From assembly GCA_964188305.1 (NCBI GenBank), contig OZ076885.1: a stretch of DNA of 64,000 nucleotides; one strand, 5' to 3'. Position 1 is the first letter of the stretch, and each line of letters opens with the position of its first letter. This DNA comes from Podarcis bocagei (Eukaryota). Below are positions 13,701 through 25,700 of this stretch, in pieces. The position numbers were made by a program, and so were the translations under genes. Below the pieces are notes generated by a model that saw nothing but the letters and a program-made list of their open reading frames with translations, did no database searches and was not told where the DNA came from.

Positions 13701-16700
13701 CTTCTGTTCCTCTAGTGCGGGGATTCTTAAACTTTCTACTCCGGGATAAAAATTAACTGGGGCCCTCCAGACACAATGGGCAGGGGCGGAATCAGCAGAC
13801 AGAGGCACAGTTTGGCATAACCAACTGACAGTTACTGACATTTTATACTAATCTTTTGCAAATTTCTGAAATTCTTTGCTCCAGTGATTCCTCTATTGCA
13901 GGGAGTTACACTTCAGTTTTATTCAAGTAAAGTACAGAAGTTAGGTGGAATTCATCACTGTGCTCATTCAGTTCTTCCTGTGCAAGCATTCCAGCTTGCC
14001 AAATGTATCCTCCCTCCCTGCACGCTCTTCTGGGGGTTCTCTAGGATCCCCCCCAAACCAATTGTGAGGGTGCCTGTGGGGGGAGCCCCGTTGGCAAGGT
14101 GTGAAGTCTTTGTGCAGGGCTTCCACTCATGGGGCTGGTTAGCCAAATCCTGCCCATAGCTGCAGAGCCATGACTTGGCTTCCTCACTTTGGGCACAATT
14201 TTATGATCTAGAGCAGGGTAGTCAACCTTTTTATACCGACCGCCCACTAATGCATCTTTGTTGATGGTAACATTTTCTTACCGCTCACCAGTGTTCGATG
14301 GAAGGAGGATTCAGCTTTTGCCGTACAACCCCCTACTGCCCACCTAGAATCCTGAAATGCCCACTAGTGGGTGGAAGGGACCAGGTTGACAACCCCTGAT
14401 CTAGAGGCTCCTCCTTGCTCTTTTTACATTCACTTTTCACTCCTCTGTGAGTTTCCCTCTTTTCCCCCCATTCCTTTCTTCCCAGTTTATTGGGTTGTTT
14501 TTTTTAATGGTTCATCTTACTTGCTAATCCCTCCTCCCTCCCTTTCCTTTCAGAGGGTTGGCAGCAAGGAAAGAGGACTGAGGTATGAGACTGTGTGTGA
14601 GAGAAGTGGAGGGATCAGAAGGCACAAGAGAAGCCCCAAGCACTTCTCCTTCTGTCTGTCCTTTTGCCTCCCGTCTTCCTGTTCTTCCTCTTCCTTCCCT
14701 CACACTAAGCCTGCTGCACTGCCCAACTCTTGTCTATTTCCTCTTCTCCCTTTCTGTTCCTGCCCTCCAACTCTGCATGCTACAGCCTCGCTCTCCAACC
14801 AGCTCCTGCTCCCATGCATCCCTATGATTGTACATGTGAGGAACTGCTGTTCGTGACATTGATTCATTCAAAAGACTACAGCACAGTCAAGGGACAACCA
14901 AAATGATCAAGGGGTTGGAGTGACTCCCCTAGGAAGAAAGATTACGGTGTTTGGGACTTTTTAGTTAGAAGAGAAAAGGCGAGGAAGACGTGATATGATA
15001 GAAGTTCATAAAATTAAGCCATGGTCTTGTCATCCATTCAAGAACCTATATTCCTTATGCAGTCTTCAGGTGGCCAAGCAATCCTAACTTCCTCTTTCCA
15101 GAATGTTTGATGGGGGCTTGTCAGTATGCTCAACTGCAGGTGAGATCTTTATTTGTGAAATCCTTTACATTAATATTTAAAGAATAGAAGGAAAATACTT
15201 AAGTAGATCAGGTGGGAGCCTGGTTGAAAGCTAGCCCTGGTTTTGTATGCAGGGATGTAAAGGGGCAGCTGATGGATCATTGGTACATATGGTGGGATGT
15301 TATCTAGAGATTAACTGAGAATATGAGCAGCAACTGGGGTTCATCTTGGGCATGTCTTATGAGGAGAGTGGGAAGCCGGTTTTGGAAAATTGTATTAAAT
15401 TGAACTAATTTGGCAAGATTTATAATAATTTGAAAATCTATAAAAGTAATTGGTAAAAAGAAAGCTAGCACTGGTTCAAAGCAATGGATTAGTTGCGGGG
15501 AAGGATGCTATGTGCATGCTGCCCTAAAATAATAATCATCATCACTCAAAGGTAGCCCAGGTAAATCAGGCAAATGGATCAAAACTGGATATTATGGAAG
15601 GGATTCTCAATCCAGTAGAGGCTCCCACTGGCTGAACTGGGGAGACCATTTTTACCGACCCCCCTCACCTACAGTTACAGCACAAACCCCCATGTTTTTC
15701 TATAGGTTCCCCCAAAGGTATGGAGCAGAGGTTTGGGGGGGCAGGGGTGTTTGAAAATGCCTCTCTTCTCTCCCCACTATACCACTGGGAGTATCCTGTG
15801 AACAGAGTTAATCTCACAGGAACAGAGGCTCCAAGCCTAAATGTCTAGATCGGAATCCAGCCTAGCTGCTTGCCTGTTCATGTTTTTTAATTGGTGTGTG
15901 TTAAACAATGTCTTTCTGAGTACAGTGGGAAGTAAGACATAACATTGATTTGTCTGATTAGTGGATGTTTGTATATTAGGAATATATTCGTTTTCTGGGA
16001 CCTTGGTGCCATGTGAATATGGGGTCATGCTGTTTTATGATGGGACGCTGCTACCTTGTTATGGGAGAAGGGCACAAGGTAAATTCTTATTTCTCTAAAA
16101 CAGATAAACATTTTATTGTTTGAGTTGAGAAACAAAAGGAGAGAAGTTGGTTAGACAGTAGTCATAGCTAGGAGTGAGAGATTCTCAGCTACTTTTGAGG
16201 ATCTTAATGTCTGCAGAGTGCTGTAGATTTGACAGCTTTGTTCTAAAAAGGAGCAAAATATAAAATAAGTGTCAATTGTGTTACCAATTTAGGCTTTATT
16301 CAGATGAATCTGTCTACTGCTTTCCTAGAGTCAGATGCTTTGCTGTTCATTTCCGGCCTTCAGTGGCAGCTTTGGGTGCGGGTTGTATGTGTGCATGGAC
16401 TGTTCCTAGTAATAGTTTTTAGTGGTATCCATGTTGAGTTATAATGTGTAGTGATTTGATAACCTGCGTGCCATTTTGGGACTGACACTATTGACAGTTC
16501 CTCAGAATTCCAGATGTAACCACTGGCCTAAAAAGTTTGGCAACCTCTGACATACAGTATGGAATTGATAACTGTAGCAAAACAATATGGAAGTGATCCC
16601 AGTTTATTCTGTGCTTCGGACTAATTTGTCCCAAGCCTTGGTTTAAGTTCTTTTTTTCTTTCAGGCTCTGGACTGTTTCTGTGAAGCAGCCTCAGAAGTT

Positions 16701-19700
16701 GGAAAAGAGGAGTTTTTGGATAGACTAATTAGATCGGAGGATGTTGAAATGGCTTCAACCCCACGGCTACAGTACTATGACAAGGTATTTTTGTTTCCAA
16801 GCTTTTAACCTTTCTTGTAGAAGGGGTGGCATAACATGTACTTAACATTTTCACAAATAGTTCAGGTAAAACATTCTTGGCTGTATATTCCCCTCCCTAG
16901 GTTCTGCGTCTTCTGGATACCATGGGTCTACCTGAACTGATCATTCAGTTGGCTACCTTAGCAATCACAGAAACAGCTGATGATTGGAGAAGCCAAGTAA
17001 GGAATTAAGTTTTGCTGTTATGGGATGCGTGCCCTTCTCATCCAGCATTTGTTTGTGCCACCACACTAATTTTCCAGCTGGTTATAGATGGCTTAACTAC
17101 CATATTTGTATTGCAGGCTACCCTGAGGACATGCATTTTCAAACACCATTTGGATTTAGGACATAACAGTCAAGCCTATGAAGCCATGACCCATAACCCA
17201 GATTCTAGCAGGTAATACTTCATATATTTTAGGCATTGATATACCTTATTTTTATGAATCAAGTGCCAACCACAGGTGGTTGGGGTTGTTTTTGTTTTGT
17301 TTTTGGTCCTTTAAAATACCCTGAAAATATTGCCAAGGTTCTAAAGAGCTGTGTTTTTCTAATTTAAGACATTTATATACTGTTTAAATGTGTACACTGC
17401 TTTAAAATGTGAAAAACTAGTCCACAGAATTCACAGTCCATGATAGCAAAGATTTACCTCTTTCTTTCTCCCTTCTAGGCAGCTGGATTGTTTACGGCAG
17501 TTGGTGGTAGTTCTCTGTGAACGCTCCCAGCTCCAGGATCTTGTGGAGTTCCCCTATGTGAATCTCCACAATGAGGTAAATGGTCTCCTTTTGTTAGCAG
17601 TAAGGTAGTGGTATAAGGAAATCTTCAGCTATGTCTAACTGTTGTTTGTATTATAGGTTGTGGGAATAATTGAATATCGTGCTCGGGCAGTAGATCTGAT
17701 GACACATAATTACTACGAGCTGCTATATGCTTTCCATGTTTATCGCCATAATTACCGGAAAGGTATGACAGATTATATAAAAGAGAAAATTGCACCAACT
17801 GTTAAAATGTCAATTCTTGTGGCATTGAATCAGATGATTATTTGTTTCCCATTAATGAGCAGTCTGTGCATGTGGTGAAAGAGTCCAGCCATGATAGCTA
17901 ATCTATGCTAGAGCAGGGATCGGCAACCTAAGACCCATGGGCCATAAGCGGCCCACGGGGGCTATTTAACCGGCCCACAAGCCGCCCCCGAACCGAGCCA
18001 CCCACTCGGCGAGACCCCGCGCACTGTGCTAAACCAGCATGGCGCGGGGACTCACTTCTGCAACGCTTTGTGTCTGTGCATGCGCAGACGCCAGAAATTG
18101 TGGGCACGCACGCACGGTGGGATCTCCACTGGAGTGAACTGGCCCAGGCAAGGTAAACCTTGCAGACCCCTGTGCTAGAGAATTAGAAAAGCCAAGTCCT
18201 AAACCCCATGTTTCTGTGATAAACACTAATGTGAGGGCCATGAAGGGGGGAGTATTCGCAAGGGAGAATGGTTTGTGAGAGGATGCTCAACTCTTTTGCT
18301 GCCCACTAATTCTCTACTGCATATATGCCCCAGGTGTGTGATTGGAACTATATATTTACTGAATATGTTCTTAGTTGAATGGGAAAAGTATATAATAGAA
18401 AAATATCGGGTGTTTTTGAAAGCTGAATGCCACGGTATAGGCTATATATGCATCCACGCTAAACTGCAAAACTCAGATTACTTTGAGGAAAGGCAGGGCA
18501 GTTAAACTAATATAAAGCTGCTGTACCCTGACTTCATCCATTTATTTTCTCAATACTGACAACCTTTAAAATTAGGAATATCACCTGTTCTAGTGTCCAG
18601 CTCTGAAGCTTTACAAATTTTAATTTCTCTTTTGGTTGGTTTCTCCTCCTCTCCACTAGATTATAGGTGATTTTAAAGTTGTTTCTACTTTAAGTTCCTA
18701 CTACAACCTGTTCTGACATGAAGCTGTTATATTTCAGTTGGGGAAGAGGTGACTGTTGTATTGTCTTATTTCTTTCCTCAGCTGGAACAGTGATGTTTGA
18801 ATATGGAATGCGCCTTGGCAGAGAAGTCCGTACCCGCTCTGGACTGCAGAAGCAAGCAAACTGTTACCTTGCAGCTCTTAATTGTTTGCGGCTCATTCGC
18901 CCTGAATATGCATGGATAGTGCAGCCAGCTTCTGGTGCAGTGGTATGAAACATCTCATTTTTTCAATATTTGATCTCACTTTGATTATTAGCAGTCTCTT
19001 TTTCATGAAGACCTTGGCTGCTGTTTGCAAGTACAGTGGTACCTCGGGTTAAGTACTTAATTCGTTCTGGAGGTCCTTACTTAACCTGAAACTGTTCTTA
19101 ACCTGAAGCACCACTTTAGCTAATGGGGCCTCCTATTGCTGCCGCGCCGCCGGAGCACGATTTCTGTTCTCATCCTAAAGCACTTAACCTGAAGCACTAT
19201 TTCTGGGTTAGCGAAGTCTGTAACCTGAAGTGTATGTAACCTGAAGCGTATGTAACCCGAGGTACCACTGTATGTTTAAGATAGCAGCAACCTCTGTCAC
19301 ACTGCCTGGTTCACAGATCACATTAAATCATGTGTAACTCTAGTTTGACACAGATTTGCAGTGTCCTCATACAGAAGTACTCAGAAATTCCTGCTTTGCT
19401 TCTCCCACACTCCTAGTCATTGTGCCCTGGGAGCAACAAAGTGAAAACTTTGACTTGTCATGTCATTAAAACCCAGGCCCATTATGTGATTCTCCCAAAA
19501 CCAGCCTTTCTCAGCTTTGCGTCCCCAGGTGATGTTGAACTACAACTCCTATCATCTCTGACGAGCTAGCTAGGGATGTGAGTTGTGGACCCACAATTGA
19601 GAAAGGCTGCTCTAAACAAACCATAAGCAGTAGCAAAAAAAAAAAAAATTGCTTACTGCTCATGGTTTATTTTGGTGGAAACAAACCATGTGCCCAGCTT

Positions 19701-22700
19701 CAGATAAGATGACAAGCCAATCTTTGTGGTTTGTTGCTCCCACCCAGTCTGGTGGGGGAGGAGCGGTGGCGATTTTAAAGTAGTGTTCACTACAATGCAG
19801 CTTGTTCACATTAAACAGTTATTAAACTTAAATTGGTTTAACATAATGTGCAAACACAGCCAGTATGTCCACTGCTAATTCTTGTGCTGACGTCCCAATA
19901 AAAAATAATTAGAAATAAAGTAGCTTGTCTAGTACAGTGGAACCTTGGAAGCTGAACGCCTGTAAACTCGAATGTTTTGGCTCCCGAACGATCGAAAACA
20001 AGAAGTGATTGTTCTGGTTTTCGAATTATTTTGGAAGTTGAACGTCTGGCACGGCTTCTGCAGCTTCCGATTGGCTGCAGGACGCTCCTGCAGCCAATCA
20101 GAAGCTGTGCCTTGGAAGTTGAACGTTTTGGAAGTTGAACAGACTTCCAGAACGGATTCCGTTTGAGTTCCAAGGTACGTCTGCATTAGCATTTCATTGG
20201 ATGCAGGCAAATGGTTACACAGCTATTATAAATATTCATAGGGTTATATTCAATGTAGCATGCAACAAAATGTTCCATCAGCTCAAGGATTTCTCCTTGT
20301 GCAACTGAACTTAATCCCCCCCATTGCCCTCCCCCACATGCCTCCTAGATCTGTTCTGAGGTTCCCCAAACCTTCTAGAGCAGATTTGGGGACATGAAGA
20401 GAGGGGAATCGCATTGCACTAGCACTAATCTTTGCACTAGCACAACTATTCTGCCTATAGTAATGTTCACTGAATAAAAATATGCAGAATAAGCAGATAT
20501 GCAAGTTTGCTTCCTTTGCTTAATTGATTCCGACTACAGAATTTGCCATTTTCGCAAGTCAAACTGAGGATGTCACTTTGTATGTTTCTGCACTGAAATC
20601 TTGGGGAAAATAGACAGAATCCTGGTGGTGCTTAAACACCAGTGAAGATGTTGTAGAGACTGAAGATTTGTATATCCAGTTGTTTAGAGTGCTTATCCTA
20701 TCTCACACTAGTATGAACGTCCAGGAGCATCCCCCAAGAGAAGTCATGATGGAGAGTGTGCTGCTGCCCCAAGTGAGTCTTCTGCTGTTCCACTTTCTCA
20801 AATGCAGATAATTCCAAATGTCTACTCTTAAATTCTGATCAACCAGCTTAATTTTTCTGACTTACTCACTTTCCAGCTTATGTTTGATTAGTTTTGATTC
20901 ATGTTTGCAGGGCATTTGCCTTTAGTCATGTCCCTTCCTATCTTCCCATATCCTCCCATATCTTGTCTACATCTTTTTATCTGTGTTATGCTAGTTATCT
21001 GGGATGTCTCCATGATATGCGAGAGTCTGGTGCACTGGTTTCTTACCCACATAGCTCAGTATTTTGAATTGATCACAATAATTGTGCAGTAGACAGTGTT
21101 GTCTGAGCTGTTGTTGGGGGCAGAGTAGGTATGAGTTATGAAAATACAACCACTATTCTGGAGGGCCAAAAGGGCACAGGATTGCCAGGTTAAGAAGACT
21201 CCTGTATTTTCATTAGTGCTGAGTGATTCTCATCACTGCAGCACTACAGGAAGAAAGGATATAGGAACTTTACAGCCTATGATCTTAAAGGCATTTCTTA
21301 ACACAGGAAGGCAGGGAAACATATGATAGTCTTTTGGGCCAGCCATGTGACCCTAGATTCCTCCTCCAGTTCTTTCCCTGTTTTCACCCTGGACTTAACC
21401 TTTTTCTTCCAGCTCGCTTCAGCCTCCTCTGGATGTAACTCTTTACTTTGAATCTGTGTGCATTATTCTTCTATTTCATAGCTGCCATTGGTGTTAGTTT
21501 TGGAACGCCTTCAGCATCTGTCTTATACTTTCAACTAACATAATTAAAGGAAGAGCCTTGGGTCACATGGCTGGCCCAAAAGACTATCATATGTTTCATT
21601 GCCTACTAGGGTTATTGGTGGATATAATCCAGCATATTTGATGTCTTGCCCTAGTTAGAACATTCATGGTAAGGGCCCAACATTCCTATTTATGATACTA
21701 CCAAAGAAAATTCTGATGTCCTTGTTCAAATAGGAAATCAGGATAAATATAAATATTAATTTGCAGATGACTTTAATACATCCAGCTAATCAGCTGCCCC
21801 CTTATAAAGTTGATGATTAGTGGGAAACCTTTTATGTGCAAAATGTTGGGGTTGACTAAAAGAAAGCTAGTATAGTAGCTGCTCATCACTCAAGAGCAGA
21901 ATTTTGCCTTTATATTGCCTGGTTTAACTTTAAATTCTCAACAGTAGACTCTTGAAGTTGGCACATTGTAAATAAATGATTATTTTGGTACAGCGGGAAG
22001 TCGGATTGAAATCTTGGAGCTGCAGGATTTGGAAAAAGAATGTGTGCTGGCTCGCATACGGCTAACTTTAGCACAACATGATTCAACAACAACTGCTATT
22101 ACAGGTAAGCTCAGGATTTACGTTCATACTACTTGGCTTAATAACTGTACAGAGGGTGAGCAATTTAATCTCTGTGTGGGAGATCAGTAACCCACAAGAA
22201 ATGTATTTCCACATCCTCCTGTTGCTGTTTGTGGGATGTGGAATCCAATCTTAATTTGTGAAACACTCACTACCATTATTATGCTGCTGCTACATTTGCA
22301 GCAAGAGGAGATTCTGCTAAATAGTGTTCTGTGATCTCATATCCACAGTAGGCATGGTCTACTCAATTATGAGAGAGAAGGCGTGTGGCTTTGCATCTAT
22401 AAGAACTGAATGCTGCAATTACTCTGTATACAATCGTGGCAGATAGAGTTGTATTAAATAGAGTGCTAATGTTAAAGTTCCATAAGTGCCCTTTAATCTG
22501 TTCTGTGGGTTCACTCATCACCCCAGAGTGGATTTGGGGGTGGCAGCACACATGTGGGGGAGGAGAAGGGGAAATCCCCTAGTGCTTGTGCTAATCCTTT
22601 TGCTAGTACAAAAAGTTATTTGAATATCGCCCACTTATATACATATGTGTGCAGTTGAGATGATGTTATTCTGTTATGTTATCTACCCAGGAAACTCATC

Positions 22701-25700
22701 TCCCAAGGAGCTGGTAACCCTGTTGGTGCAGGCTGGTCGTTTTGACACTGCCATTTCTCTCTGCCAGACCTACAACTTTCCCTTAACACCTGTGTTTGAG
22801 GGACTTACTTTCAAGTATGTAACATATTATTGGACTTAAGTACATAATGTGAGTAGTGAAATATCTATTGACCTTTTGGAAAAAGCATATTCAGATTTGA
22901 AAGTACGTACTTTTTAAGTGAAATCATACACTCTTGCTTTAAAACTATGTCTAAGCCCGAGTAATATGAGAATGTGATATGAAGTGGGAGTGATTATGAC
23001 AGCATTGAGGCTAGAACATTTGATGTATTCTTGCTCATAATCTTACATTTTGCCTTGGCCAACTCTCATTTGAGAGTCTCAAATATCCTTGGAACAAATT
23101 GCTGAGTAATCAAGCCCTGAAACTATTACCAATACACGTTTTCACTTTCACTTAAGCTTCTGTGGTTGGTTTATACAACGTCTCAATCATTTCCTGTTGT
23201 GTTGATGTTACCATTTTCATAGGTATCAGTTTGATTTCAACTACCTTGGTAGCAACTAAACCAGTGACACTTGTGCTGGCGGCTAAAGTTGTGGCAGGAT
23301 GTTTTAAAGATGGGTGACAGTCACTGATACAGTCCTGAATAAGCAAAGATGTTCCAAGAATAGTAGAAGCGTTCAATAAGCTCACTGATCTCCTTATCAA
23401 ACACAGCCAGGTGCATGTGTAGGATTCTAGAGCACAGCCATTACTTCAGCATCTGTAACTGAAGCAAAGAGCAATTGTAAGATGGAATGTTTGGAAAAGT
23501 AAGACCAGGGTTCAATTTCCTGCTCAGGTGAACTTGATTGTTTCTCAGCCAGAGAATCTAATAAAGTTGTTAGAACAAAGCAGGGATAACTCCATATGGG
23601 GTGGGTGGGAAGAATTCAATCAGTTTTTAAATAAATAAATAAATAGGGTTAGAATTACTATTGTACATACAGTATCTGAGTGTACCTGGTTATTTGTATT
23701 CCAGATGTATTAAACTCCAGTTTGGAGGGGAAACAGCATTAGCAGAAGCATGGGATTGGCTAGCTGCAAATCAGTTGTCATCAGTCATCACAACCAAGGA
23801 GACCAGGTACTGTGATATATTTTGCAGGAAAAGAAAGCAAGTACTTTGTGGTCCCAAGAAATCTGCATGGAAATAAATATTTCTTGCTAATAAAATACCA
23901 GAAATTGCACTTCAGGATTGTGGTTGTCCTGCTTCATTTAGTCTTCAACAAACCATCTTGAAGCAGCAGTTCATTCATGCTTTCTTTTTTGCTTTGTCTA
24001 TTTTGAAGGATGGTTTAAGTGCAAATGTTAAGGACATCCTGTAGTGGCTCTTGTACTTCAGATAAAACCACATGGCAACACTTTCTAGGGGTCCAGAAAC
24101 TTTGGCTTAACTGAATTAAGAACAGACGAAAACAAGTTCACATATAAAAAGTTGAGCAAGAGATTGTGCAAAGGGGATGTGTAGACTCCCCTGTGAACCA
24201 TCAAAAGATTCGGGAATGGAGATTTTCACTGGCAGCCAGAAACATGCATGTATCCACCCATCTGTTAATGGTATTCCAATTGTGTTGCAGTGCAACAGAT
24301 GAAGCATGGCGTCTTTTGTCCTCCTACCTGGACAGATATAAGTCTCAGAACTGTTCATACCATCGCTGTGTAATCAACAAGTTGCTGTCTCATGGAGTGC
24401 CCTTGCCTAACTGGCTTATCAACAGTTACAAAGTAAATACCTGATCTGTGCACAATTAAGCTGGCGTTCAGTGGAGGATAAATGTACAATGCTGGCTCAT
24501 TACTTCCCTGTTGACTGCTTAAAAAGTGTGATAAATGAGTTTCAGTGACACTTGTTTGTAGCTTGAGTAATTGTCAAATAATAGTAATTCAGGAGCTAAA
24601 ATCTGCACTGTGGTGAGTAAATTGCATGTTCCTAATGTTGTAAATGGACGCGAGTGGCGCTGTGGTCTAAACCACTGAGCCTGGGCTTGTCGATCCAAAG
24701 GTTGGCGGTTTGAATCCCCGCGACAGGGTGAGCTCCTGTTGCTCGGTCCCAGCTCCTGCCAATCTAGCAGTTCAAAAGCACGCCAAAAAGTGCAAGTAGA
24801 TAAATAGGTACCGCTCCAGCGGGAAGGTAAACGGCATTTCCATGCGCTGCTCTGGTTTTGGTGTTCCATTGCGCCAGAAGCGGCTTAGTCATGCTGGCCA
24901 CATGACCTGGAAAAACTCTGCAGACAAACGCTGGCTCCCTTGGCCTGTAAAGCGAGATGAGCGCTGCAACCCTAGAGTTGTCTGCGACTGGACTTAACTG
25001 TCAGGGGTCCTTTACCTTTACTTTTTTAATGTTGTAAATGAAATGGGAACTTTGATGTTACAACTTGTGACTTTTGCATTTTACCTTATTTTTATTTTAT
25101 AGCATTTTACTTTATTGTACACTGCTTTGATGCCCACAGGCTGTGAAGTGGTTGATGAATTTGTATAATAAAATAAATATCAACCAAACATTTCAGATGA
25201 TAACAAAAGCCTATGAGAGATCTGGCAGAACCAACAGCAACACACCCTGTCTGGTGTAGGTCATCCACCATGGTGCCCAAAGTCATTTCAACCCCAGCCA
25301 ACAATTTGGATTCTTCATTTTAAGCCTTTGTTAAATAAAGGAAATAATTTGCAAATGTTTAAGGGGGTGGAAATTGGAAGCAACAGAGGGAACTGAAAGA
25401 CAGGGAAGCAAGCTAGCCATGGCCTTGAGTGCAAAAAATAAAAGAGTTGTGTTTCACCAAAACAGTCCAGAATTTTACAAGAATCTCTGCAATAGGTTAT
25501 TTTTCAGTATGTTTTGTGTGTCTTGTGTTGGATTCTTATAAATCTCACCAGTAATGAGGGCTACCTGTCATCCACTAAGCTTCTTAAATATAACAAGACT
25601 TTCCAGTAAGTGTCTGCTCAGTTTCATTTGTTTCTCTACAGATGGTAGATGCTGCTGAACTTCTCCGCCTCTATTTGAACTATGACCTCTTGGAAGAAGC

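Larger units (their letters stand above)
13649..15069 (+). other. NUP160: U12-type (minor spliceosome) GT-AG intron of NUP160
   Basis: Donor GTATCCTTC. Branch-like TTCCTTATG at 15051-15059, just upstream of the acceptor AG, with no long pyrimidine tract. The junction gives LLQFL|WPSNP. Confidence 0.88.

Noticed and set aside
19034-19270. Regularly recurring TAACCTGAA motif suggesting a CRISPR-like array
   Set aside because: The repeats are short, irregularly spaced and enclosed by MITE TIRs in a vertebrate intron, with no cas genes.
24647-24730. tRNA-like A/B box sequences (also near 41180 and 53965)
   Set aside because: They are SINE heads followed by SINE bodies and tails, with no complete cloverleaf.
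25107-25304. Minus-strand ORF MLAGVEMTLGTMVDDLHQ...
   Set aside because: It looks like a heavily decayed L2 reverse-transcriptase remnant rather than a gene.
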